The translations under genes and the position numbers were made by a program. The notes beneath the pieces were generated by a model. That model ran no database searches. It was not told the origin of the DNA and worked only from the letters and a program-made list of their open reading frames with translations. From Eukaryota sp. GEM-RC1 (Eukaryota): a DNA stretch of 64,000 bases. Shown here piece after piece: positions 49,504 to 61,627 of this stretch (the first letter of the stretch is position 1; the number at the start of each line of letters is the position of its first letter). The DNA is taken from NCBI GenBank assembly GCA_040285855.1, contig JAUFOQ010000002.1, positions 1,798,001 to 1,862,000 on the forward strand. Reading direction: 5' to 3'.

Positions 49504-50787
49504 AAACTATCATAAATACCTATATTGTCCAATCTTTTCAAAATTAAATATAATTCAAATAAAACACACATCCCAATCTTTTCATCATTTTTCAAATACT
49601 CTTTCAAAACATGAAACAATTCCACAAGCACATCACTACAATAACGTTCATCAACATTATCCCTATTAATCACATCGGTAATGTAACAGTTTCTTATTGT
49701 TTTCACTTCCATACTTGATGAAGAATCAGACCCAATACAATCTAGTACATTATCGACAATTGACTGAATTCCAATAGTTAAGTCCACTCTCAATTGTTTA
49801 TAAGTAGCAACACGATCATACTCCAAAATAGGCGACAATGATATTGTTTCATAAGTCACATTGTCAGTTTGTTGATATTCACATATGGAATCACATTTTT
49901 CATTTTCAAAGCTTTCAGTCTGAACTTCCTTGAGACAAAATCGTTTTTCATCATCAATAAGAGGAAACACTTGGGAACTTTTTTCTTTCTATACCAGCAC
50001 TGACATTCTTATTTAATAATAAATTCTTCGTTGGTAAAGGGGTTTTCTTCAAACGGGGAAGTGATGGTAGAGTAATGTTGCCGCGTGGTAATTGAGGAAG
50101 TTTAGACTTTTTCACAAAAATCTCTGGGGAATTTTTGTTAAAAATTGAGTCACAATTAATAAATTTGGGAGGAATATCAGTTTCATCTTCTTCATCATTT
50201 ACCACAAAATCATCTAAACTTGTTGAAATTGTATCACTGTCAGATTCATCACCAGAATCGGATCCTGATAGTAGTGCTTCTGTTTCAAACAAATGTGATT
50301 TGTCTAAATGATTTTTGTCCAAGTCAATAATTTGATTATCATTATTTTCAATAATTTTTTCATCAACATTGTCATCAACAACTTCATCAACACCATGAAC
50401 AATTTCAGGAACAACAACATCATCCATAATTGGTACACTCGATTCTGCACAAAAGTTTGCAAACAATGAATTAAAATGATTGAAATCTCGTTGAAGACAA
50501 TGTTGATTTCCCAAAACATACAGATCAATAGTGGATGGCTTAACAGGATGAAAAGTTGAATAATACCATTGATACAATTCCAAATTTGGTACTGGATAAC
50601 TTCTTCCAATGCTTAAAATCTTTAAACTCCTCCAAGACCTAACCCTACTTAAGGTCACATAAAGTTGGGCATATTCCCAAAACTGAATAGCAACTTCAAT
50701 CCCGTCAATTGTTAATCCTTGGGATCGATGCACTGTTATCGCCCAGCAAGGTCTTAGCGGAAACTGAATTCTTTTCATGGTTTTCAT
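49410..50787 (-). pseudogene. PIF1-family helicase C-terminal fragment plus acidic tail (Helitron-like)
   Basis: RIQFPLRPCWAITVHRSQGLTID and QLYVTLSRVRS (motifs V-VI); an in-frame stop at 50818-50820 shows the N-terminal part is absent. Confidence 0.85.
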
Positions 50788-50789
50788 GG

Positions 50790-53700
50790 TTGTTGACGAA
50801 AATTGAGAAAAATCAAATCACAAACTCCAAATATCTCTTTGTTCCCCTTAGTGATACCATGACTAGAAATGCTAATTATTCCAGAGAAGGTGTCACTGGT
50901 TCTCATTGGGGTTTAGCCATTATAGACTGTTGTGAAAAGGAATGGATCTTCATTGATCCAATGTTAACTACCGTCGATATGAGTAAGTCTATGGTAAAAT
51001 CAGCTGTAGACATATTATCCGAAGTACTTGTGCCATGGGGGTATGTTTTCCGTTATGTGCCTGTGACTAAAACACAGTCTGCTAACGACTGTGGAGTTTA
51101 TGTCATTGCGTATATTCAAAAATATGTTGAACTTTTTAAAAGACTCACGTACGTTCCGTCTCTGATGTATTTGGAAACTTATTTGGTCCAAGTGAACACT
51201 GAACTTCAAGCAGACATATTTCGTGAAAAAATTCTGGATGTATTGTCTCAACAAGGGACACTTTATCTACAACAACGTCAAACCACAGTAGCTCCTATTG
51301 TACCATCGTTACCCATTCAACCTCCTGCCGGTAAAGAACATCCAACCACTTCAATTCCTCTCACAGGTTCACGTCTTGCTAGCACTAAAACATCTACTGG
51401 TTTTAGCACTAAAAAAAGTAAGGCCAAAATTTCTGATATTCCATCACCACGAGGTTCACCTTTAATTCAACGAAATCAATATAGAACCACCAGCTCCCTT
51501 GTATCAACTGGTGCCACTCCCATACGAAAGACTCACCGCCGTATGTCCACATTGGAATCATCTGAATTATCATCTGAATTACCTCCATCACCATCTGAAT
51601 TACCACCATCACCATCTGAATTACCACCATCTGAACTACCACCAAAATCACAGGCCTCCATTATGTCGTATCCATCGCCAATTCAAGAAGAAATCCATAA
51701 AATGGAAGTAAATCTACATACTGAGCCTATCGAACAAGAAATACAAATTCAAGTCTTTCTTAAATCCCCTTTACTTTGGAACAATCTGCCAACTTTTTGT
51801 TTAATTCATGTTCAAAGTGATTTTGCCAAAAAAGAAAGAATTAATGGCAAAAATGTTCAACTTGTTCAAGATGATGATGACATTGAAACTGTTGAAGGTG
51901 AAGCTGAAGATCAATTAGAAGTTAAACGTGATTCTTCTGTTGATCCGATTGTTTCAATTTCCATCCAGATCATTGATCACAATGAGTTTAATGAAAAACA
52001 CTTATTTTCTTATGGCAATTTTGAGACTACAAATTTGGATTTGTGTACTTTACATATTTCAGATAGTGAATCCAGTATGCTTAAAAACTTCATCTCCTTC
52101 ATTACTCAACATTGTCCGCGATTGTTTATGAGTTATGACTTTCACTTAGATACATTTCCCTTTCTTGTATCACGTTGTCAAGTCTTCAAAATCAATACAA
52201 CGTTTACTTTTCCAGAATTTAAACCCTATATTCCCTTTTGGTTCAACAAATGGTGTAAGGAAACAACTTTTGGTCCGTTTTGTAGTCTCGATTTGAATGC
52301 TGTATTGAAGAATTTTTATGTCTTTACTGGTGGCCGTTTTTTGGAAAATGTTGTTCAAATTTTTCTTGAAATGAATAATTTTTCTAAAAATGAAACTGTC
52401 AAACGCTTGGAAGAACTTAAGCATGACTCTGATCCTGATGAAGTTCAATTAGTCAATAATGTCCAAAACTTGCATGGCATAATTGACAGTATTAATGTTT
52501 TAGTTCCAGACAATCCCAAAGTGAAGGTCGATAAGATTAAAAAGAAATTTGGAGAAAGTAAATGAACTTTGGGCCAAGGAATCGACAAAACCGCTATTGT
52601 TGAACAACTCAATTCAACAATTACCTCTGATTGAATACTTGTTGGCTGACCTATTGGATCCCAAAAAGCAAACCTTACGTTCAAAGTCACCAATGAAAGT
52701 GGTTAAGAAACGACTAGACAATGTTGTATCCAAAGCGAAGGTTAAATTTATTGAATCTCGTGTTAAGAGAGCTCACCAAGTAAGAGTCCGTAGTACTCTC
52801 TTTTTGAAACATTTTTTTGTTCATAATTTTCACCATTCAGGTATTTTAGAATACATTCAGAAGTTACTGCCTGCTACTGTTCCAAATGTAACTGTTAAGG
52901 AAGAAATGAATTCTGATACAGATGAGTCAACTGATGAAGAAACAGATGTACCTTCAGAGTCTATCGATGCTGCTACTCCTCCTATTAAATTAGAAAATAT
53001 TGAAGATGCGAGTGATGAACCTAAACCTGAACCTGACCTTTGGACTAAAATTCAAACTACTAAAATTGAATTGCCAGACTGGAAGAATTTTTTTACGTTG
53101 AAATCAATGGAACAAGTGTTGTCTATGATGACGATTAGGGACCACAAACTTGTAAACAATCAGAATCATATTAGGACTGTACAAGAATCGTTAACAAACA
53201 TAATTTCTAAACCAAATGAGGCCTCAACTCAAAAACAGTTTGCTCAACATTTCTTGATGCATTACATTCCTCGTTTAGAACTAGCTGCTCGATCTGTTGG
53301 ACTTGATAGAATTGTGTTTCCCAGTAGTCATCGTTTATCTCGTATATTGCATTACATGGCTACTGAAATTATAACGAATTACAAGACAAACATGAGTGAA
53401 CACTTTCACGAATATGTTTTTCAAGTATTTAATTTGGTTACCCTGAAAAAGATAGACTTAACAAGCTTACTGATAAGAATCAACGACAAGAGTTGTGTAC
53501 AAAGCTTAATGAAGTCAGACAGTTGATCATTAATGGGGAAATTTCAAAAATTAATTTTCAAGACGTTGAAGTGTTTCCTGATCCCAATTCTAGACTGAGT
53601 TTACTATTTTTTAACTATTTGTTTACTTTTTTTGAAGGTAAAATGGAAAAAACAATCTATTATGCTGAAAAAGTAGACCCTTTGAAATTCTTAAGTCATG

Positions 53701-55577
53701 CAGTGTATTTGAAACGTCTTGTTGAAGACTCTTGTACTGGTGTTACTGCCAACAATCCTTTTCCTCTGACCAAATCACTGATTCCTAATCATATCAGATT
53801 GGACACTACATGGTTTAAAGAAGTTTATGCAGCAGAACTTATAGGAAGCTATGATGACGTTCGAAAAGATATTTGGCACTCAGTTTTGAAACCAAAGTGT
53901 CTTCCAAAGTCATTGTCTCATGACTTCAAATACAGTTCTATTTCTACAGATGAAGTTAGCTGTAGTTTAATAATGATGCGGAAAGATCTGCTTGATGGGA
54001 GAGGAAATCCTCATAAGAAGGTGAAAGCAGTTGACTACACAGCTACTGAAAGGTACATTGATTCTTTGAGTTCCACAGAAATTCAAAACTTAAATTTGAA
54101 ATCCAAAAGAATTGTTGCTATTGACCCTAATCAGCATGATTTGATGTACTGTGCTTCTTTAAAATCTAAGGAGGAAAAGGAAATCGAAGGTTTCGATACG
54201 TCAGCCAATCTCAGAAGAAGAAAGATTTCTCCAAAATCATCAAAGAAAAAAGGAAGCTTGAAAAAATTAAAAAAGGAATTGAAGGATTGGAAAGATGCAC
54301 CCACTATTGACAAACCATCAACTGTCAAGTTGAAAAATCGTGATGATTGGAAAGTATTCAGATACACTGCTGGGGAGCGCAATGCCGATATTAAAAAAGT
54401 CTCCATGGAAAAGAAAAAAACAAGGAAGGAAAGAAAAAGAGCTAAGAGAAAGAAGAGGAAGCTGGAGAAGAAAATAAGACGATATAATCTCCACCGTTTA
54501 TCTGAATCCGAACGGTTACAACAATACTCTACCCAATTTATTCACATTCCAGATGGCAGACGCATTGACATAAATGGGCAACAAATTTTAGATCAATGGG
54601 GCTCTAATTCGCCAGGTAGTAAATCTTGTGAATTGACTCAGTATTCTGCTTTTGTTCTTGGCAAAGAAATTACATGTTCTTTATTACGATCACCCACTAC
54701 TGATCAAAGAAATACTGAAGGAATTTACGAAGAAAAGTGGTTTAGACGGAATCGTCTCACACAGTATTCAAGAAAGGAACGAAGTGAGAAAAACATGCTT
54801 CACAGATTTGCTCTCCAGTTTGGAAACCCAGATGAAGTCGTTGTTGGGTATGGAGACTGGAACGACACTGCTTTTCGACGAAGAAGAGGTAAAGCATCGA
54901 CTGTAAAAGGTGCTTCAATTCGGAAATTATTGAGAAAATTTGGATTTAAAGTGTTCCTAGTTGATGAATTTAAGACCAGCAAATGTTGCTCTGCTTGTGT
55001 TTCCAGAAACGACGAAGGTATCTGTTCCAATCCTGACAGGATAAAAGTCACTGATCCTCATTGGAAGAAGAAGTTACAGAAGGAAGAGAAAGAATTAAAA
55101 AAGGAAATTATGGAACACAATCAATTAGACAATATTGTGGAGCGTAACTTTGATGAAGAATGGACAGACCAGTTGCCATTATCGAAAGAAAGATTGAAGA
55201 GCAAAAAAGTCTCACCATGGGGCTTAGTTGAATGTGCTAAATGTCATGTCCTCTGGAATAGAGACTTCAATTCTGCTATCAATATTTACAATATTGTAAA
55301 TGGAACCATTCAAGGTCAAGGTAGACCTGCCATCCTCGAGAGACCAAAATCTCAAACAACACCTGTCGTGGATGGCGGGAATACAGATCAGATTCCTAAG
55401 AAAAAGACTGTGAGTAAGGGTAAGGGTAAGGGAAAGCGTCCTCTAACAAAAGTCAGAGGTCCTAGCAAGTGTGGTATATGTTTTCAACCTGGACATAACA
55501 GAGCAACTTGTCCAAATAAGCCTAAGAAAGATGTACCCAAGGACTCACACGTAAACCAGAAAGATCAGGAATCTTGA
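50790..55577 (+). CDS. Fanzor polyprotein copy 2: Ulp1/C48 protease - degenerate DEDDy exonuclease - Fanzor RuvC - CCHC knuckle (5'-truncated; two compensating 1-nt shifts)
   Basis: SHWGL (50904), FIDP, TQSANDCGVYV (Cys 51090); DPIVSIS, SESSMLKNF, PRLFMSYD; RuvC AIDPN (54123), YGDW, VDEFKTSKCCSAC (54966), CAKC..WNRDFNSAINI (55263); CGICFQPGHNRATC. Confidence 0.9.
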
Positions 55578-56030
55578 ATCTATGAAGTTAGCTCGTTTTA
55601 AAAGACTTTGCGAATGAGGATATTTGTCTAATAATTTAGACATTTGTTCAAACTGTGAGTTTTGCTCTATATGAGATCATGAAAATGTGAAGGGTTATGC
55701 CTTTTGCATTTGGAATGAAATTCACAGCAGCGATCTATTCTTCTCAAAAACTCTACTCCCAACCAAAAGATGTACTTAATCTTATAGGAGAAGTAGTTGA
55801 TGTTAGTTTCTCAGTGATGAATGGAAATATATTATCAATTGATTTCGATGAAAAATTAAATAGATTTAATAGTTTTATTTCCAGCATAAGAGGCAAAGAT
55901 ACATCTGTAAAGATACATTGCGTAATGATTTCCAAAAATTGATTGATATTGCTAAATTATTACATCATGATAATTTTGTATCTTGTGTGTTTGATATTGT
56001 TAATAATTATTTATAGTTATAAATTTTGAT

Positions 56031-57104
56031 TTATTTTTTAAATGATTCTAAACTCACTCTACCTAAAACCTCACCTCCTTGCACTGTTAAATGATTCCGT
56101 TCCAAGTTCAAATGAGCTAGGCTTTTGTTTGACTCGAGAGCTGACCCAAGTGCTTTCAACCCGTCATCTCCAATGTTATTCCATCCAAGATTCAAAAGTT
56201 TCAGTGATGAATTCATCAAAAGTCCTTCTGCCAATGCTTTAGATCCAACAACTCCTACACTATTACGATAGAGGTAAAGAGAGCTTAATGTGTGATTCAA
56301 GGAAAGGGCTCTGCCAATGGCCGTAGCGCCGTCATCCCCAGTACTAGTATCACCAAGGTTTAAAGAAGAAAGAGACTGATTAACTTCAAGGCTTGAGCAA
56401 ATGAATTCAACACCAGTGTCATCAATGTGATTACCTTGCAATTGCAGAATTTGTAATGAAGAGTTGACACGTAAGCATTTGGAAATATGACGTGAACCTG
56501 AAGGTCCAATCAAATTTGATGAAATGTTCAACTCTTTCAGTCTGTTTCCCAGCAACATTCGGCTTAACTCCTGAGCTCCTTCATTAGTAATTCTGTTGTT
56601 ATTGAGAAGAAGTTTCGATAGAGTTCTGAAAGATCCCATTGCATTAATCAAATAAGAAAGATCTCTGTCAGTTAAAAGAGAAGCTCCCAGGTCTAGTTCA
56701 TAGAGTTGAGACAAGAAGACATCAGAACTAGGACTAAGAATGTCAAAATAGAAGCATGTCATTTGAAGCACATGAATAGAATGAAGTGGTAAGATAAGAC
56801 TGTGAAATACTGCCGGATCCCGTACGTTTGATAGATGGACGTCAGATGGTTGAACCTTGAGGAAGGAAAAGAGATTTGACCATTGATTGAGATCAGAAGA
56901 GTCTATTTGGATATGAGATTGGTGAAGTAGTTCTCTTATTGCTTTTAGGTACAAGGAAAAGAATCGTTTACTAATGATACCGATCTTCAAGTAAGAGGAG
57001 GACATTGCGTCGTAAAAGTAGCTCAATGACTGACATGCCTTACCACATCTTTGATCAAAGAGATGTAGGAAGACGATGATGAGGAGGCTATCCGTTAGAT
57101 GCAT
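56031..57104 (-). CDS. NLRC3/ribonuclease-inhibitor-like LRR protein, C-terminally truncated
   Basis: Regular 28-aa repeats NxSLxxLxLxxNxIGxxG; stops mid-repeat. Confidence 0.85.
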   Translation of the reverse strand: MHLTDSLLIIVFLHLFDQRCGKACQSLSYFYDAMSSSYLKIGIISKRFFSLYLKAIRELLHQSHIQIDSSDLNQWSNLFSFLKVQPSDVHLSNVRDPAVFHSLILPLHSIHVLQMTCFYFDILSPSSDVFLSQLYELDLGASLLTDRDLSYLINAMGSFRTLSKLLLNNNRITNEGAQELSRMLLGNRLKELNISSNLIGPSGSRHISKCLRVNSSLQILQLQGNHIDDTGVEFICSSLEVNQSLSSLNLGDTSTGDDGATAIGRALSLNHTLSSLYLYRNSVGVVGSKALAEGLLMNSSLKLLNLGWNNIGDDGLKALGSALESNKSLAHLNLERNHLTVQGGEVLGRVSLESFKK

Positions 57105-58019
57105 CTTGATTTGACAATAACGATTACAAAGATATTCGTTTTGGACGTCAAATTCATATCACTGTAGACTTGGTGAGCAATATTTTAAAAATCAATGGAA
57201 GTGGAATGGATCTGTCAGTTAGTGTGATTCAACAGAATGATTTCTTTTATCCATTTGTCAGGATCCCTGACAGAAGGATGAGTGTGTATATTTTTGACGA
57301 AACATCACTCAAATATTCTTAAATACGACCACATCCAACAGTTTTTCTAATTTGGGACTCAATTTTGGTATCTTGCGTGTATTACCTTGGATTTCCAGGT
57401 TTTAACTAAATGTTACTTTTTCAATAAATTTCAGAAACTGCATCTGTTTAGGATATACTATCAGTAGTTGGCACACACTTCCTAATGAGTAAACAAATAC
57501 AAATAGATTGATCGAGAGAACAAAAGTTAAATCAAGCAATAAATACTGAACTAATGCAGAATTATTTCTGGCTTCAATTGAAATATCTCTTTGAAAGGGA
57601 ACATAACTCTTGATGCACTTCAATTAGAGAGAGTTTACTGTACTAATAGAGATTACTATTATACATATCAAATGCGTCCGTGTTATTGTTGTTCAAATTG
57701 AAGTGTTCAGTCACCTGAACCCTTTACAGCTAATTCATCTTTGTGAACAAATTCAGAAAGGAATTGCCGTCTCAGACCAAAAAAGTTGTTTATAAGTTAT
57801 TCAACAGCTTGAACTACAAACTTAGATCCGTTCCATTGAACTACTAAATTGACATGAATTCCTTCTGAAGGTGGAACCTCACCAACATTTTCAAAGAACT
57901 CTAAATTGTCAATAACAAGATATTGATCCTTCAGTAGCTCAAAACTAGAAGAATCACAATAGAAATGATAAAATTTGTCCTTATCGACAACACGTGTGAA
58001 TAACAATCTTCGATGTTTC

Positions 58020-58721
58020 TTCTGGCCCTCTAATTTACCCAATGATCTTCAATGCAAATGTGGTAAATAAGTTACTTTTTCTCACCTTTTGAGTTGTAAT
58101 CGTTTCATTACTTATAGAACTTGTATTCATGATGCTGTCAGAGATCAAATTCTTGCCATGTGTAAGTCCTACAAAATCGAATCTTTCGTTGAGCCACTGT
58201 TGAGATCACTGGAAATCAATAATTCAAAAAATAGTGATTCTGATAAGACTTTTGGTAAAAGAAGAGCTGATGTCATAGTTCCATCAGTCAACTATGAACT
58301 AACCGTTGTTGATGTGATTACTGTGGATGTTTGTAAAAGAAGTGCATTCAAGGATGCTAAAAATGAAGTTTCTCCACTGAATTCTTCAGAACAATACAAG
58401 AGAAACAAATATGATGAACCACTGACTGCTCTCAAACATATTAGACATGTTGAGTACAAATTATGTCCTTTTGCAATTTCAATTTATGGTCGACTTGGTA
58501 GAGATGCTCTTTGTTTTCTCTCTGATTTTGAGAAAGTGGTCAAAAAGAATGAACAAAAATTTGATTTCAAATTTTGGTTGAATCGTATTGTTTTTACAAT
58601 ATTTAAAACCATTCCTATCATGATTTCAAAAGCTCTATTAGCTCTCAGTGTTTTTTATGAAGAAAAAGCTGATGTGAGCTTTAATGGCAATAATTGTTGC
58701 TTTAATGATAATGAGTTCTAG
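58020..58721 (+). mobile_element. 5'-truncated non-LTR retrotransposon tail (Zn knuckle plus restriction-like endonuclease, CRE/R2-like)
   Basis: CKCG...HLLSC...HDAVRD, VEPLL, RRAD, VDVIT, E.YK..KY, PFAISIYGRLG. Confidence 0.85.
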
Positions 58722-59054
58722 TATTTGTGTTTATTTTAGTGTTTTTGTTCCATAAACTGATATGAATAAAAAAAACACGTGTGAGAACAGGATCAAAATA
58801 CACGATACCAGTTCCCAATGATTGAGGGACATTCATATAAGAGCACACCCGCTTTCTTACTCCAAGGTCAAAGGAATATCTACAACAAATTGAATTGTAG
58901 CTTTGATCAAGAGGCTGAGGCCCCATAGCAAACATCAAACATTGATCAATTTCAAATTCAATTTCAGTCAGTTTTTCCTCGACATCTGGTAAAGGATGGT
59001 TAGGATGAGCTAGTTGAACTATTACTGGAATCCAAGATCCTAAGTTAAGTTTGG

Positions 59055-60600
59055 TTAAGTTGGTAAAAACATGTTGTTTCCACTTAAGGTTGATTCAATG
59101 AATACAATCTTATCCCTAGGTTTCAGAGTGTGAATAGCAACATCTGTGCCTTCACATGAATTAAAAGGAGCTAATTCCCTGTCAAAGGAATGATTTGGGA
59201 CTAGATTAAGTTCAGCGCTGAATACAATGGAAACATCTTTGAATAGTTGACCGGCAGAAACAGTTTCATAGTGTAACCGGCATAATACTAAGGCCAGTGC
59301 AACAACAAACTCAAGTAAAATTCCATTAGATGCTTCCACAAGAGGGCCTTTAACTGGAGCAGCAAAAGGAACCAGGGTTAACCTCACGAATTCCAAGTAC
59401 TGCTCACGTGATTCAAACTTAGCAGCAATAATAGTCAAAGCTTCAAGTAAACACGTCTCATTAACTGGTGGACACAACCTACACCCAGAGAAGTCCTTAG
59501 AAGCAAAAGAAGCAAAGGGAGAACAACCTCGAGGAGGAAGTAATAGGGCAATACCATCCCTCATCATCTCCAAATTACTGGAGACACTATAAGCCGGGAA
59601 AACTCCTCCCAAAGCAATTAGGCAAATTGACTTAAGAAATACAGACGAAGTGTCTAATTCTAATAGATGGACTGGATCAAAACTAGACATTAAGCGGTCA
59701 AGATTAGATACAATAAAATCGTTGAAATGGGATTCTAATAACTCTGGACTTGCTTTTAGTACTTTTTTTATAGGAATACTTACCAGCCCAAAGCGGATAT
59801 CCACGAAAGCGAAAATGAAGCTGAACCTCATCAAAATTCAAAGCAAGTTCTGAAGGATCTAACGAAACATATGGACAAAGAATAAAACTACCAACACGAC
59901 AAGCACCAGGAAGAAATATAGAGGGTCGTTGCATACCGAAAATACAGTGTCAGGAATGGAATCCAACAAATTGGAATCAGAACCAGTAACAACACAAACT
60001 GGTGGTCGAGCAAAGGCACTCCAATTCAATGCAAACAGCACACATTGTCGAAAGGCAGCAAAACATTCCTTAGATCCAAGAGAAAGTCCATCATCAATGT
60101 AAGCCACAATGCGTTTTCGAGCGAAGTTCTTTGTCAAACGTAGACCTAATAGTTCTTCAGCTTCTTCTGTAGTAACGAGCTTTGTAAGGAAAAGAGGATT
60201 GGAATGAATGGTGGTCGAGAGAATAGTTGCTTCAATTCTACGAAAAAAGTGTAGATGTTTCATGAACAGCTTTTCATAGGTAGGATAGGTGCCCTTGTTA
60301 TAAGCCTTAAACTCATTCAAAATCTCAAGACCTAGCTCAGTGAAACCAGATGGTGTGCTGATCAAAAAGCAAACACAGTGGAGAGAATTAAAGTACTTAT
60401 TGGATAAAGACAACGCAGAGTGGGTTTTACCAGTTCCAGAGCGCTGAATTATTGACAAAACTAACAGATGATACGGGGCAAGATCAACAGCACCATGGGC
60501 TAAAATGAGATCGTAAATGGAGTCCGCAATCCCGGAATGATTAGATGATAGAGGAAATCTTGCGAATGTTTCAGTGAATAGAGCATTGTCGGAGATGAGA
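59055..60600 (-). pseudogene. P-loop NTPase, Crinkler-like, frameshifted
   Basis: Walker A SIIQRSGTGKT and Walker B-like VAYIDD; broken into three ORFs. Confidence 0.5.
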
Positions 60601-60712
60601 TGAGATTCTGTTGTTTCGCCTCCAAATGAGGTAGCTTTGTTGGAGGTTCAGTCATATGCAAGTAAAAAAACATTTATCATAATAACTACTACATGTAGTA
60701 CGTGTACACCAA

Positions 60713-61602
60713 TTACAAAAGATCCAATAAATCTGCAACAGAATCCACAACCAAATCAGGACACTCTGACTCAGAAACAGTTTCTAGATCCTTCAACGAG
60801 TGAACACCAGTTTCAGAAACAAAAATAGTGGCAACCCCAGCTCGTTTCCCTGCTAAAATAAAGAAAAGAAGTCGATCATACCAAGTATATCTGTATTCAA
60901 TCGATCACCAATCATACAAACTTGCTCTGGAGAAACATTACAATCATCTATTATAGACTGAATAATATCAGGTTGCGGTTTTCCAACGACAATATCGGGA
61001 GAACGTTGTGCAGCAGTTTGTACAAACTTGACGACAGCTCCAGCTCCTGGCATGGTCTTGCTCCAAGGTGTAGGAAAGGTACAGTCCTCGTTGGTCGCGA
61101 TGAACTTAACCGATAAATCTTCTAAAACAACAGCACAATGAGCCATTTGAGTATAATTCGTATATCGGCTCAATCCTACAACAACCGCATCAGGCTTTAG
61201 TTGGGAGGCTATGTGTGCTTTAAGCATAGAGTAACAACCATTGAAAGCCGGAAGAACAGTGAGATGTGGACTTAAAGTGTCAATCAGACCATCCTGACCA
61301 AGAACTAGAACTGTGCTGTCCTTGGTGAAAGATCGACGCAAGTATCGCAGCGTTTCAGCTGCACTGGTTCTAACATAATGAGCCGATGTAGAGAAACCAA
61401 ATCCGTTAAGCTTGGAAACATAGTCATCAACCGTTAAGGTAGAATTGTTGGTTACAAAGAAGACCGATTTGTGATTAGTCACACATGCTCTGACGAAATC
61501 GATGGCACCAGGAACAACTTGATTCTCAGAATATAAAGTGCCATCAACATCAAGACAAACAACAGCGGAGTGAGGCAAGAGATGATGAGAAGTACTTGAC
61601 AT
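60713..61602 (-). CDS. HAD class IIA phosphatase (phosphoglycolate/4-nitrophenyl phosphatase-like)
   Basis: LDVDGTL, FVTNNS, FIATNED, VGKP, MIGDRLNTDI; 29-nt intron 60853-60881 gives the ILAGKRAG..TGV..PD C-terminus. Confidence 0.92.
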
Positions 61603-61627
61603 TCTTTTTTCTACACCACTTTTTATC

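Noticed and set aside
50709..50789. N-terminal 27 codons of ORF 50709-52565 as real protein
   Set aside because: They are the antisense of the PIF1 motif region, beyond the rearrangement junction
51560..51645. SELPPSP tandem repeat as a regulatory DNA repeat
   Set aside because: In-frame low-complexity linker between the protease and exonuclease domains
55697..55942. Small ORF downstream of Fanzor copy 2 as an accessory gene
   Set aside because: No recognisable motif and no counterpart at copy 1; cannot be supported
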